Shown: positions 32,462 to 41,810, counted from the first letter of the stretch. The stretch: DNA of 64,000 bases from an uncultured Candidatus Saccharibacteria bacterium (GCA_964487045.1 CAZAOT010000003.1:72983-136982); one strand, 5' to 3'. Notes: generated by a model from the letters alone, not told the origin. Program-made: numbers and translations.

Positions 32462-32911
32462 TCACCAGCGTCCCCCCGGGTAGGGGTTGTTGGCGCGCTC
32501 GAAGTTCCGCTGAGCGCGCTCCAGGTCTCGGTAGCCGCTCGACAGGTAGCCGAGCCGCCGCCGCTCCGCTTCGATGGCGGAGATTTGGTTGTTGTACCCA
32601 CCCTGAGGCAGGTACCCGCCTTGGTAGCTGTAGCCACCCTGGGCGACGTAGCCGTTGCCGCAGCCATAGTTGCGCTGCTGGCAACCGCAGATAGTGCCGA
32701 TCGGCCTGATTTGGAAGCAGGCCGAACAGCGGACGAGCTGCGCCTGCGGGGCGAAGTAACCGCCACCGCAGGTGGGCATCGGCATCGGGCGATAGCCCGG
32801 GCCGCACCCACCACCGCTGCCACCGACCGAGAGGATCACGGTGATCCTGGGGCCGGCGCTCGCCGTCGAAACGGCGGCGATTACGACGAGAACGATTGGC
32901 ATCGTCCTCAT
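32462..32911 (-). CDS. secreted Gly/Cys/Tyr-rich low-complexity protein, GC-rich cassette 8
   Basis: ATG at 32911 yields the signal peptide MRTMPIVLVVIAAVSTASA. GGY repeats and 10 Cys. It was chosen over three overlapping ORFs because it has an SD, a promoter and a terminator. Confidence 0.55.
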   Translation of the reverse strand: MRTMPIVLVVIAAVSTASAGPRITVILSVGGSGGGCGPGYRPMPMPTCGGGYFAPQAQLVRCSACFQIRPIGTICGCQQRNYGCGNGYVAQGGYSYQGGYLPQGGYNNQISAIEAERRRLGYLSSGYRDLERAQRNFERANNPYPGGRW

Positions 32912-32956
32912 TTTGGACACCTCTTTCAAAGGTGCTGGAATTGACTGATTCGGGTA

Positions 32957-32985
32957 ACTATACCACAATTACCCGAGAAAGTCAA
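32957..32985 (-). promoter_or_regulatory. promoter TTGACT-17-TATAGT with CGGGTAA/TTACCCG inverted repeat spanning the -10
   Basis: Minus-strand TTGACT is at 32985-32980 and TATAGT at 32962-32957. The inverted repeat is CGGGTAATTGTGGTATAGTTACCCG. Confidence 0.6.
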
Positions 32986-32988
32986 GGT

Positions 32989-33348
32989 TCAGACCCTCAG
33001 CATCGCTCCCACGCTCAGCTCCATCTGAGTCTCGAGCCTATCAAGTGAGCAATATGCCCTCTGGATCGAAACCTCCCGAAGATCTCTCGGCTTTGCCAGG
33101 GAGATGACGTGTATCTCGCCGAGTTCATGCTCCTCAAGTGTATCAACAGCAGTTGTGTGACCTTCATTGCAGATAATCAGGTAAGGTCCTTCGCACTTGA
33201 GAGCGAAGATCTCCCGAATATCTCTTCCGTGGAATTCGTGAAGCAGGTATGTCAGCTCGAGGCGTTCAAGTACCGCCTTTACTTTTGAGCCGATCATCCG
33301 CTGATCCTCGACTGCCACGGCCGATACAACACAGATTTGCCTTTTCAA
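32989..33348 (-). CDS. hypothetical protein (119 aa), GC-rich cassette 8
   Basis: TTG at 33348 lies 7 nt after AAGGAGG. No motif recognised. Confidence 0.5.
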   Translation of the reverse strand: MKRQICVVSAVAVEDQRMIGSKVKAVLERLELTYLLHEFHGRDIREIFALKCEGPYLIICNEGHTTAVDTLEEHELGEIHVISLAKPRDLREVSIQRAYCSLDRLETQMELSVGAMLRV

Positions 33349-33362
33349 ACCCTTCGCCTCCT

Positions 33363-33391
33363 TTGCGAAAGATGTGGTTCTAAGATATAAT
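33363..33391 (+). promoter_or_regulatory. promoter TTGCGA-17-TATAAT for yebC-ruvC
   Basis: TTGCGA at 33363-33368 and TATAAT at 33386-33391. Confidence 0.55.
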
Positions 33392-33425
33392 CTAGTCCGA
33401 AATTAAGGAAAAGCAAGAGGTTTAT

Positions 33426-34139
33426 ATGTCGGGACATTCTAAATGGGCTTCAATCAAACACCAAAAGGCAGCCACTGATAAAAAACGAAGCAATGTTTTT
33501 ACAAAACTTGCCAATAACATTTCGGTTGCCGCCAGGGGTGGTGGCGATCCAGCAATGAACTATTCATTAAGGTTAGCTATCGAGAAGGCCAAAGGGGCTA
33601 ATATGCCCAAGGACAATATCGAGAGGGCAATCAAGAGAGGTACCGGTGAACTCGGTGGGGCTTCTATCAGTGAAGACTTATTTGAAATTTATGGCCCAGC
33701 GCAAACAGCAATCTTGGTTGAAACAATTACTGATAATAAAAATAGAACTTCGGCCGAAATAAAAGCAGTCATCAATAAAATGGGTGGTAAGCTAGCTAGT
33801 GCAAATGCAGTCTCATATATGTTTGATCGAAAGGGTGAAATAAAAGTAAGCATTGATGGTCAAGGTGAGGAAGATTTAGAGCTAAAAATTATTGAATCAG
33901 GCGCTGAAGATTATCAGCTCATCGATGACGGGTATTTGATCTATTGCAAACCAAACGAACTCAAGCAGGTTGCGGATATTCTGCTTGATCAAGGACTAAA
34001 AGTTGAATCATCAGAGTTGGTTTGGTTACCCAAAGAAACTATTTCTGTTCCAGAAGAAGATTCGGCTAAAGTAATTAGGTTGCTTGAGGCACTGGATGAT
34101 CTCGACGATGTTGCAAATGTAAGCTCGAATTTAGGTTAA
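33426..34139 (+). CDS. yebC: YebC/PmpR-family transcriptional regulator
   Basis: MSGHSKWASIKHQKAATDKKR is the hallmark N-terminus. Confidence 0.95.
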   Translation: MSGHSKWASIKHQKAATDKKRSNVFTKLANNISVAARGGGDPAMNYSLRLAIEKAKGANMPKDNIERAIKRGTGELGGASISEDLFEIYGPAQTAILVETITDNKNRTSAEIKAVINKMGGKLASANAVSYMFDRKGEIKVSIDGQGEEDLELKIIESGAEDYQLIDDGYLIYCKPNELKQVADILLDQGLKVESSELVWLPKETISVPEEDSAKVIRLLEALDDLDDVANVSSNLG

Positions 34140-34141
34140 TA

Positions 34142-34618
34142 ATGAAAATTATTGGTATTGATCCGGGTACGGGTCGGCTTGGCTGGGCGGTTGTAGAAAA
34201 AAATAATTCTAAAATTGAACTTTTAGATTGCAGTCTTGTCGAAACTAAAGCAAACACTCCGCTTGCAGATCGGCTGGAAAAAATTTATTTAGTTTTAAAC
34301 GAAGTTATCAAGAAATTCAAACCAGAAGAAATGGCTATCGAAGAACTATTCTTTGTTAAAAATGTAAAAACCGGTATATCTGTGGCACATGCCCGAGGGG
34401 TGGCGATGCTTGTGGCGCGTCTAGCCAAGATGGAAATTTTTGAATACAAACCAAATGAAATAAAACTCGGTATTTGTGGATACGGGCATGCCGACAAGAA
34501 ACAGATGTCAAAGATGGTTGAACTTCATATTAGAGGATGTAAGATAGAACAAGACGACACTGCCGATGCTGTTGCAATTGCTCTTTACCATTTGCAGTGC
34601 CAAAGATATAAAAAATAA
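34142..34618 (+). CDS. ruvC: crossover junction endodeoxyribonuclease RuvC
   Basis: IIGIDPGT...GWAV, EELFF and DTADAVAIAL catalytic-acid motifs. Confidence 0.9.
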   Translation: MKIIGIDPGTGRLGWAVVEKNNSKIELLDCSLVETKANTPLADRLEKIYLVLNEVIKKFKPEEMAIEELFFVKNVKTGISVAHARGVAMLVARLAKMEIFEYKPNEIKLGICGYGHADKKQMSKMVELHIRGCKIEQDDTADAVAIALYHLQCQRYKK

Positions 34619-34626
34619 GGAGGGGT

Positions 34627-35628
34627 ATGCCTCAGCTTAGACAAAATATCATTACTGGTGAATGGGTCGTTTTTGCTCCAGAGCGAGCTAAAAGACCGAC
34701 TGACTATGTTTCTATAAACAAGGAGAGGAAGCAGAAGAAAGAAGATTGCCCGTTTTGTATTGATTCAAAAAATAGTGAATACTCAAAGCAAAAAAAAGAG
34801 TTTGAGACAGATAATACCTATGTAATCACTAATAAATATCCTGTGTTTATTGAACAGCCTGAAGAGAAATCGGCTAAACTTTTCAGACTCGAGGATGAAT
34901 TCTACAAAATGAAAATTGCTCTTGGCGGTCATGATGTTGTGGTAGTTAAGAACCATGACGTTGATCTATGTGATTTTTCCAAGGATACTTTCGCCGATTT
35001 GCTTAGCACCTTTAAACACAGGGCTGAATATTTTAAGAAAAATGAGAACATTGAGTATGTAATGCCGATCTACAACCATGGCCCGGCTGCTGCTGCTTCA
35101 ATAGAGCATCCACACGCTCAAATTGTCGCTTCAGCAGTTGTACCGAACCAAGTTTTAAGGGAAATCCAGTATACTCAAAAGCATTTTGACGAACATAGCA
35201 AATGCGCATTTTGCGAGCTAGTCGCACACGAAATTGAGCAAAATACCCGGGTAGTGGTAGAAAATGAAGATTTCATCGCTTTTAACTTCTATGCTGCACG
35301 ATTCCCATTTGAGACTTGGATTTTACCGAAAAATCATCAGTGTAAATATGAAGACATAACTAAAGAGCAAATATCTTCTCTCGCCTCCTTATGCAAGGAT
35401 TTATTTGGCAAGATGGGTGTGGTACTAAATGATCCAGATCTTAACTTCTTTATTCACTCCGGTCCTCTTAAAGAAGAGAGTTTGAAATCATATCATTGGC
35501 ATATTGAGATTACTCCTCGACTTTCGACTTATGGTGGGTATGAGCTTGGCTCGGGAATGGTTATCGACATCATAACTCCAGAGCAATCAGCCGAGTTTTT
35601 ACGTCAGGGTAAGATAGAGAAAAACTGA
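34627..35628 (+). CDS. GalT-type (HIT superfamily) hexose-1-phosphate nucleotidyltransferase
   Basis: CPFC zinc motif and the active-site sequence HPHAQIVA. Confidence 0.78.
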   Translation: MPQLRQNIITGEWVVFAPERAKRPTDYVSINKERKQKKEDCPFCIDSKNSEYSKQKKEFETDNTYVITNKYPVFIEQPEEKSAKLFRLEDEFYKMKIALGGHDVVVVKNHDVDLCDFSKDTFADLLSTFKHRAEYFKKNENIEYVMPIYNHGPAAAASIEHPHAQIVASAVVPNQVLREIQYTQKHFDEHSKCAFCELVAHEIEQNTRVVVENEDFIAFNFYAARFPFETWILPKNHQCKYEDITKEQISSLASLCKDLFGKMGVVLNDPDLNFFIHSGPLKEESLKSYHWHIEITPRLSTYGGYELGSGMVIDIITPEQSAEFLRQGKIEKN

Positions 35629-35640
35629 ACTATTAAAACC

Positions 35641-35669
35641 TTGAATTTTTATTCTAGTTAGGGTATATT
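35641..35669 (+). promoter_or_regulatory. promoter TTGAAT-17-TATATT for glycosylation cluster
   Basis: TTGAAT at 35641-35646 and TATATT at 35664-35669. Confidence 0.55.
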
Positions 35670-35730
35670 AACAATCAATCAGGTTAAAGTATCAATTAAG
35701 AGACCTTCAGGTTGATTGTTGGGGTGTAAA

Positions 35731-36993
35731 ATGAAAGTGATGATTCTTCTTAAATTTCCTCTATATGGAGGCGGAAGCGGAACGTACACTAGGAAGCTCG
35801 CTGAGCTTCTGGCTAAAGAGAAGGGGTATCAAGTTGCGGTTGTTTCTCCTGATACTAGAACTATAAAAGGTTGCAAGCACTATCAGATTAAACCTGCTTT
35901 CAAAGCGGTATTCGAGGCTCACCCCGAGATGAAGCGAGCCAAAAAATATTCTCGGCTTTCTGGCAGTGAATTTTCGAGACAATATTCGGCCTACTTACGT
36001 GACATTACTAATGCGGTTGCTGATTTTAAACCAGATGTTATTCATGTTAATCACGCTTCATTTTTAACATGGATAGCTTCATTTATTCGCTCAATGTTTG
36101 GAATAGCGTTTGTAACCACTATACATGGGACTGGTGTGTATAATGCAACTATCGATCAAAGATATAGGCTCTTAACAAAACAAGCTCTTGAGAGATCTGA
36201 AAGCTTGATTGCTGTTTCTCCTCATACCAAAAAATGGTTCTTAAAAGTTTTTGGTAAGAGCTTGATCAAAAAAACAAGAATAGTTCCAAATAGTATTGTT
36301 TTGGATGAGTATATTAAGAAACCATCAGTCGTTAAAATTGAGAAAGAATATAATCTAAAGGGTAAAAAAGTGGTTCTCTTTGCGGGAAGGTTGACCTGGG
36401 AAAAAGGTGTCGAATACTTAATTCGAGCAGCAAAGACAATTAAAGGAAATGTTTATATAGTTGGTGGTGGACCCCATGAGAAAGCCCTGAAGAATCTAGT
36501 AAAGCTAACTGGTGTTAAGAACGTTCATTTTCTTGGGTATATCGGCAAAGACAAGTCAGATGTTTTAAAAGCTCTCTTCTATCGTGCCAATGTTTTAGTA
36601 TTACCTTCAGTGGTAGATGAATCTACTGGTTTGGTTTTGCTTGAGGCAATGGCTTGTAAAACACCCGTAGTTGCATCGGACAAAGGTGGAATTCCTATAG
36701 TTATCAAAAATGGACATAATGGTTTTTTGGTCAGAGCTAGAAGCTCAAAGGCAATATCTCAAGCCGTGAATAATATCCTAACCGATGACATACTGGAGCA
36801 GCGGTTAGGTGAAAATGCTCGCATCACTATCGAAAACAAATTTAGATGGAAGGTTATCTTGCCTCAATTTACTGCGATATACGAAAAAGCTGCTGATGTT
36901 ACACACAAACTACAGAATCAGAAATATAGAGCACTATTCGATAAAGAAGATATTATAAGAGAAAAGGAAGAATTGCAGAAGAAAATTGTTTAG
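35731..36993 (+). CDS. GT4-family glycosyltransferase
   Basis: GGSGTY N-terminus and the C-terminal motif ESTGLVLLEAMACKTPVVASDKGG (E-x7-E type). Confidence 0.85.
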   Translation: MKVMILLKFPLYGGGSGTYTRKLAELLAKEKGYQVAVVSPDTRTIKGCKHYQIKPAFKAVFEAHPEMKRAKKYSRLSGSEFSRQYSAYLRDITNAVADFKPDVIHVNHASFLTWIASFIRSMFGIAFVTTIHGTGVYNATIDQRYRLLTKQALERSESLIAVSPHTKKWFLKVFGKSLIKKTRIVPNSIVLDEYIKKPSVVKIEKEYNLKGKKVVLFAGRLTWEKGVEYLIRAAKTIKGNVYIVGGGPHEKALKNLVKLTGVKNVHFLGYIGKDKSDVLKALFYRANVLVLPSVVDESTGLVLLEAMACKTPVVASDKGGIPIVIKNGHNGFLVRARSSKAISQAVNNILTDDILEQRLGENARITIENKFRWKVILPQFTAIYEKAADVTHKLQNQKYRALFDKEDIIREKEELQKKIV

Positions 36994-37009
36994 GATATAG
37001 TTTTGATTG

Positions 37010-37681
37010 ATGAATAAATCACTCAAGCTTAATGGTATCGAAGATATTAATCTACTGGCGGTTTTGGGGCATTCGAATAAGTCGGCAAAAATTGACGATC
37101 CGATGACTTTTGATGCGAGAGTAAGGTGCCGCGCGGCTGGAGTTTTGTATAAAGAAAAGAAGGTTAAGCAAATTGCACTCCTTGGCGGGGGTAACGATAA
37201 GGTTATGAAAGTGGCCGAAGGAGAAAGAATGCGCAATTATCTTAAGGATTCTTTCGACATTCCCGATGATTTGATGACAACCGAAAGTGAAGGCGTTAAC
37301 ACCATTACGGATATTGTTTCAATCCTTTTGAATATAAAAAAAGAGAAGATCGATCCAGAAAAAGTTGTATTTGTAACCTCTGACTACAATTCAGTTAGGG
37401 TCAAAATGGTGCTCGAAATATTAGGCGCTGCTAAGATGGCCGTATTTTCCTCTGAGAGAATATTGCTCGAGTCAGGAGATTATTATTCTCATCAAGCCGG
37501 GGAATATATGGAAAGTAAAGAATATCAAAAACGTCTTTTATATGAATCATACTGGATTGCCAAGACTGTCTTTGATGCAAAATACACCGAACAGGCCAGG
37601 GAAATTCTTGAAATTAAAAAAAATCCGTTAGAACTATACAAAGATTTGCCACGACGAGAGATGGATAACATTGATACTTAG
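37010..37681 (+). CDS. DUF218 (YdcF/ElyC-like) domain protein
   Basis: The pattern RVRCRAAGVLYKEKKVKQIALLGGG is typical of DUF218. A TTG at 37007 is also possible. Confidence 0.5.
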   Translation: MNKSLKLNGIEDINLLAVLGHSNKSAKIDDPMTFDARVRCRAAGVLYKEKKVKQIALLGGGNDKVMKVAEGERMRNYLKDSFDIPDDLMTTESEGVNTITDIVSILLNIKKEKIDPEKVVFVTSDYNSVRVKMVLEILGAAKMAVFSSERILLESGDYYSHQAGEYMESKEYQKRLLYESYWIAKTVFDAKYTEQAREILEIKKNPLELYKDLPRREMDNIDT

Positions 37682-37689
37682 GAGGAATC

Positions 37690-39642
37690 TTGAACAAAGA
37701 ATATGAGGGTATTTCTCCTGAAATTGAAGAAGATGAAAGACGGGAGAGCCAAGCAGATGCACTCATTGTGTTTGGATTTGGAATTAAAGATCCAAACTGG
37801 ATGCAGAAACGCAAAGAAGCTGAAGAAGCCGGTGTTGATCCTGAAACAATTTCAGATCAGTCGGAGGGTTGGATGCTTTCTCTGGGCGCAAAAATGCGAG
37901 TGCAAGCAGCGGCAGAATTATATTTAAAGGGTGCGACTCGAGAAGTTATTTTTACAGGTGGAGCTACTAGAACTAAAGATGGTTTGCAGCAAACGGAAGC
38001 CCAGGTTATGGAAGATTATTTTCTGCATATCCTTCGAAAGCGAAAATTTGAACAATTAAAGGGCGATAGAGTGCAGCTTTCCGAAACGGAAAGACGTGAT
38101 ATTGATGTTGTCTCTACTGCTTATATTCAGGAAGCTAAAACCCATATTATTAAAGAGGATAAAGCCAGCAATACAATCGAAAATTTTTCCAGAACACTTG
38201 CGATGTTTGATAATAATCCTAATAAATATAAAAAAATCGCACTTCTTTCCAGTAAATTTCATATTGACCGGATTGGACAGCTTTCAGAACAATTTTTATT
38301 ACCTGCTGATGAAGAGTATGGTGCCGAAGAGGTAATGGCAGAATCGAGAAAAGGAAAGAGGCATGAAGCTTTATATACTGATGTGTTAAATGATTATCTC
38401 GAATCCGAGGAATATTATAATTTTACTCTGCGAGAGAACCAATGGAGGGGAGGTTTGAGGAAGGTACCTGAATATTTTCTTCCTCAAACTATTTTTGTAG
38501 ATATAGATCGATTTCGAGAAATACTTAGAAGCATGGCATTGCAGGATGAAGTATATGCAAATAAACTTTCTGAGCTTGGTATAAATCCGGATTCTCTAGA
38601 TGATCTTAGCGAAGAGCAGTTAAATGATATCAAGAATAAGATAGAGTCTATTGAAAGAATCCTACCTCCGCAGAGTTGGGCCGAAGTTAATCCCGAGCAA
38701 ATATTTGCTACACCGCCAGCTAGGTTTGAAAAGAGATCCGAGTATACTGATCCTCTTGAAAGAGCAAGGCATTTAGAAACATTGATTTTTAGTGATGTAG
38801 ATGGCACTTTGCGCGGCGAGGGAGCAAATGATCGCCTGGTAGGTGAATACATTAGGCTCGCCGAACGTTGTTCGGGTGAAATAATTTTAACTTCTAGTCG
38901 CTCGAGAGGAGATCTGGAGACGCTTAAGGATCTATACAGGATGAATGAACTTGCCCCGGTTATTTTTGAAAATGGCGCCGGTGTAGCTTTCGATAATAGG
39001 CTAGTTGATATTGGCATGCTAAAACAAATTGCATCTGAAGAGGGTTTTTCTCATGTTAATTTTGTATCAAGCGCAAATACGACAATAGTGGAATTTTCAC
39101 CGAGTCGGCAGAGTTTGAGGCCTGTTTTTGACGAAGTCGCTAAGGAGACGGGGTTGAAATATCATTATGTATTGGATTTACCTGCTCAGGATATAGCTGA
39201 GCTATATAATATCAGTCTCGAGCAAGCTGAGGATATTAAACAGCAAGTTCCTCGCGAGGAAAAATTATTCATGGAAAATATCGTTTTCGAGGAGTCTGCT
39301 TCGGAAGATGAGATCCAGGAATTTGCGCTAAAAGCAAAAGATAGAGGTCTTCACCTAACCAGGGCAAGGATAACTTGGCATTTGATGAGTTCTAATGTCA
39401 ATAAAGGCGAGGCAGTTAGATTTGTACAAAAGGTTTATAAGCATTTGAGTCAAAATTATCGCTTATCGGTAGCGGTTGGAGATGCTCCTAATGATTTTGA
39501 AATGTTTAAACAATGTGATGAGGCGTATTATGTCGGTGATGATAAGTACGTGGTAGAGGGGAGCCATGAGACAGAAAAGAAGAGGTCTGAAGGTGTAATA
39601 GAGTTAATTAGAAATAAATTTCTTAATATGAGGGAACAATGA
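37690..39642 (+). CDS. DUF218 domain fused to HAD-IIB sugar-phosphate phosphatase-like domain
   Basis: N-terminal part ALIVFGFG...RVQAAAELYLKG...IFTGG. C-terminal part FSDVDGTL...TSSR...VGDAPNDFEMF. TTG start lies 4 nt after GGAGG. Confidence 0.62.
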   Translation: MNKEYEGISPEIEEDERRESQADALIVFGFGIKDPNWMQKRKEAEEAGVDPETISDQSEGWMLSLGAKMRVQAAAELYLKGATREVIFTGGATRTKDGLQQTEAQVMEDYFLHILRKRKFEQLKGDRVQLSETERRDIDVVSTAYIQEAKTHIIKEDKASNTIENFSRTLAMFDNNPNKYKKIALLSSKFHIDRIGQLSEQFLLPADEEYGAEEVMAESRKGKRHEALYTDVLNDYLESEEYYNFTLRENQWRGGLRKVPEYFLPQTIFVDIDRFREILRSMALQDEVYANKLSELGINPDSLDDLSEEQLNDIKNKIESIERILPPQSWAEVNPEQIFATPPARFEKRSEYTDPLERARHLETLIFSDVDGTLRGEGANDRLVGEYIRLAERCSGEIILTSSRSRGDLETLKDLYRMNELAPVIFENGAGVAFDNRLVDIGMLKQIASEEGFSHVNFVSSANTTIVEFSPSRQSLRPVFDEVAKETGLKYHYVLDLPAQDIAELYNISLEQAEDIKQQVPREEKLFMENIVFEESASEDEIQEFALKAKDRGLHLTRARITWHLMSSNVNKGEAVRFVQKVYKHLSQNYRLSVAVGDAPNDFEMFKQCDEAYYVGDDKYVVEGSHETEKKRSEGVIELIRNKFLNMREQ

Positions 39643-40727
39643 AGATATTGATGGTAGCACCACTTCGTCGACCAATTGACCCAGATATAACTGCCTCGAG
39701 GCCGAGAGTTATATTGGATTTAATTGAGGGTCTGATAAAAGAGGGTCATGAGGTTTCAGTTCTTGGAACAGGCGACTCCGAAATTCCAAATGCTAAGTTG
39801 ATTCCATTAATTGATAAAGCGATTAATTTTATGCCCGCTTTTGAAAATCCTTTTTATGCAGAAACAGGCTTTTTGGTCAGATGTGCAAAAAAACTTGAGG
39901 AATTATCTGGTGAGTTCGATATTATCCACAATCATCAATTTCCGGAATTTATTAATTTATTAATTGAAGACAAATTAAAATGTCCAATGATAACAACGGT
40001 ACATGCTCAGATGACTCCGGAGATGGATGAAGCACTTGCCTGTTTTCCGGATTCTAATCTTGTAGCAATATCCGAATCTGCAAGTAGCTTGGCTAAAAAA
40101 GCGAAAATGTTAAAAGTCGTTTATAACGGAGTTGACACCAATCTTTATTCTTTTACTGAAGATAAAGAGGACTATCTACTTTGGATTGGAAGGCTTGCAA
40201 AATCAAAGGATGACAATGGTGAGTTTATTGATCCAAAAGGTGTTAAGTGGGCAATAAAATTGGCTGAGGCGACAGGTAGTCGACTAAAATTAGGCGGAAA
40301 TGTAGAAGATCAAGATTTCTATGATCAGGAAGTTAAGCCTCATCTGAACGATAAAATTGAATGGATCGGACCGATTTCCGCAGAGCAACCGCTATCAAAA
40401 GCTGAAGTAGCAGGCCTGATGCAAAAAGCTAAAGCATTTCTAATGACGATAAATTGGGAAGAGCCATTTGGATTAGTTATGGCAGAGTCGATGAGTTGTG
40501 GAACTCCTATTATTGCATTTAGGCGCGGGTCAGTACCTGAGATTATTGAAGATAGGAAAACGGGATTTATTGTGGAGCCTGAAAAAGGAGTTGATGGTCT
40601 AGTCGAAGCTTATGAAAAGATCAAGCAAATAAATCCAACTGATTGCAGAGATCTAGTGCTTAATAAATTCTCAATTCAAAAAATGGTTGAAAATTACGAG
40701 AAGGCATATATTGAACTTGTAAAATAA
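39639..40727 (+). CDS. GT4-family glycosyltransferase
   Basis: EEPFGLVMAESMSCGTPIIAFRRGSVPEII. Confidence 0.85.
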   Translation: MKILMVAPLRRPIDPDITASRPRVILDLIEGLIKEGHEVSVLGTGDSEIPNAKLIPLIDKAINFMPAFENPFYAETGFLVRCAKKLEELSGEFDIIHNHQFPEFINLLIEDKLKCPMITTVHAQMTPEMDEALACFPDSNLVAISESASSLAKKAKMLKVVYNGVDTNLYSFTEDKEDYLLWIGRLAKSKDDNGEFIDPKGVKWAIKLAEATGSRLKLGGNVEDQDFYDQEVKPHLNDKIEWIGPISAEQPLSKAEVAGLMQKAKAFLMTINWEEPFGLVMAESMSCGTPIIAFRRGSVPEIIEDRKTGFIVEPEKGVDGLVEAYEKIKQINPTDCRDLVLNKFSIQKMVENYEKAYIELVK

Positions 40728-40736
40728 AGAAAAAAT

Positions 40737-41807
40737 ATGAAAAAACCAAAAATAGTTTATTATACGACACCGTATGGATACGGGCATGTTGTAAGAGCGA
40801 ACGCAATTATACAGGCGATTGGAGGTCGTGCTGACGTACATTTGATAGCGGCGATTGATATTATTTTTGATCTAGCTAAAAATATTCATTTTCATAAAAT
40901 TGATGAAATTCCTGGCTCGGTAAGGTTTGATTGTCCAATATATTATGAAGATAAAGAGGGGAAAACTCCAAGTACAAGTTCGGGAAAGCATATTGAAGAA
41001 TTTCGAACTCATACGCGAAAATTCGTTGATCTTCTTTGTGATATTAATCCCGATCTAGTCATTATTGATGTAACTCCGGAATTTGCGATTTTTGCGAAGA
41101 TATTGGGTTTTGAAAGCGCCCAGGTTTTAATCACCGGCAAAAGAGATGATTTACGAAATAAAGTGTCTTTGTGCAGCGTTGATCATGTGATAGTTCCATA
41201 CCCGGAAAATTTTGTTGATTTGTCTTACTTACCTGCTGAAGCTCGAAAAAATATATTTTATAGTGGCGCTTTCTCTAGGTTTGATGGCAAGCGAATTATT
41301 TCAAAAGATGATGCAAAAAAGAAACTTGGAATTCCAAGTGATAAGAAATTAGTTGTTTGTGCTTTTGGCCGAGGCGATTTAGGGGGCAAGGTAGTCAAAA
41401 AGGTTGAAGAAATCGCAAAATCTAAAGAATTTGCCGACTGCCAGTTTAAAATATTCGGCAATATTCCGAACGTTGATGAATATCTTAATGCAGCTGATTT
41501 TGCGATTTCAGGTGCTGGAGATAATACAGTGATGGAAAATTGTTATTATCGGGTTCCGATGATAATGATTCCGCTTAAAAGGCGTTATGATGAGCAGGTT
41601 CTCAAAGCTGAAGCGCTAGAGAAAATAGGAGCGGGAAAAATTATTTTAGAGGATGAAATAGATAGCAAGTTACAAGATGAATTACGTCGACTGATATCAG
41701 ACGAGGGGTATCGTGAAGAAGCTGCCAAAGCTGAAGGAAAGTTTGTTGACGGCCATGGAGCTGAGAGACTTGCTGATGAAATAATACGGTGGACTAAGCT
41801 TAGCTAA
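40737..41807 (+). CDS. GT28/MurG-like (GT-B) glycosyltransferase
   Basis: The C-terminal sequence ADFAISGAGDNTVMENCYYRVPMIMIPL resembles the Glyco_tran_28_C motif. Confidence 0.55.
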   Translation: MKKPKIVYYTTPYGYGHVVRANAIIQAIGGRADVHLIAAIDIIFDLAKNIHFHKIDEIPGSVRFDCPIYYEDKEGKTPSTSSGKHIEEFRTHTRKFVDLLCDINPDLVIIDVTPEFAIFAKILGFESAQVLITGKRDDLRNKVSLCSVDHVIVPYPENFVDLSYLPAEARKNIFYSGAFSRFDGKRIISKDDAKKKLGIPSDKKLVVCAFGRGDLGGKVVKKVEEIAKSKEFADCQFKIFGNIPNVDEYLNAADFAISGAGDNTVMENCYYRVPMIMIPLKRRYDEQVLKAEALEKIGAGKIILEDEIDSKLQDELRRLISDEGYREEAAKAEGKFVDGHGAERLADEIIRWTKLS

Positions 41808-41810
41808 TAG

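Noticed and set aside
32340-32944. Three further overlapping ORFs (32340-32807 minus, 32398-32823 minus, 32423-32944 plus) in the GC-rich low-complexity stretch
   Set aside because: Their products are Arg/Ala/Pro-rich with no signals. They run through the terminator hairpin or lack an SD. Only the 32462-32911 frame has a signal peptide, SD, promoter and terminator. The frame choice is still not certain.
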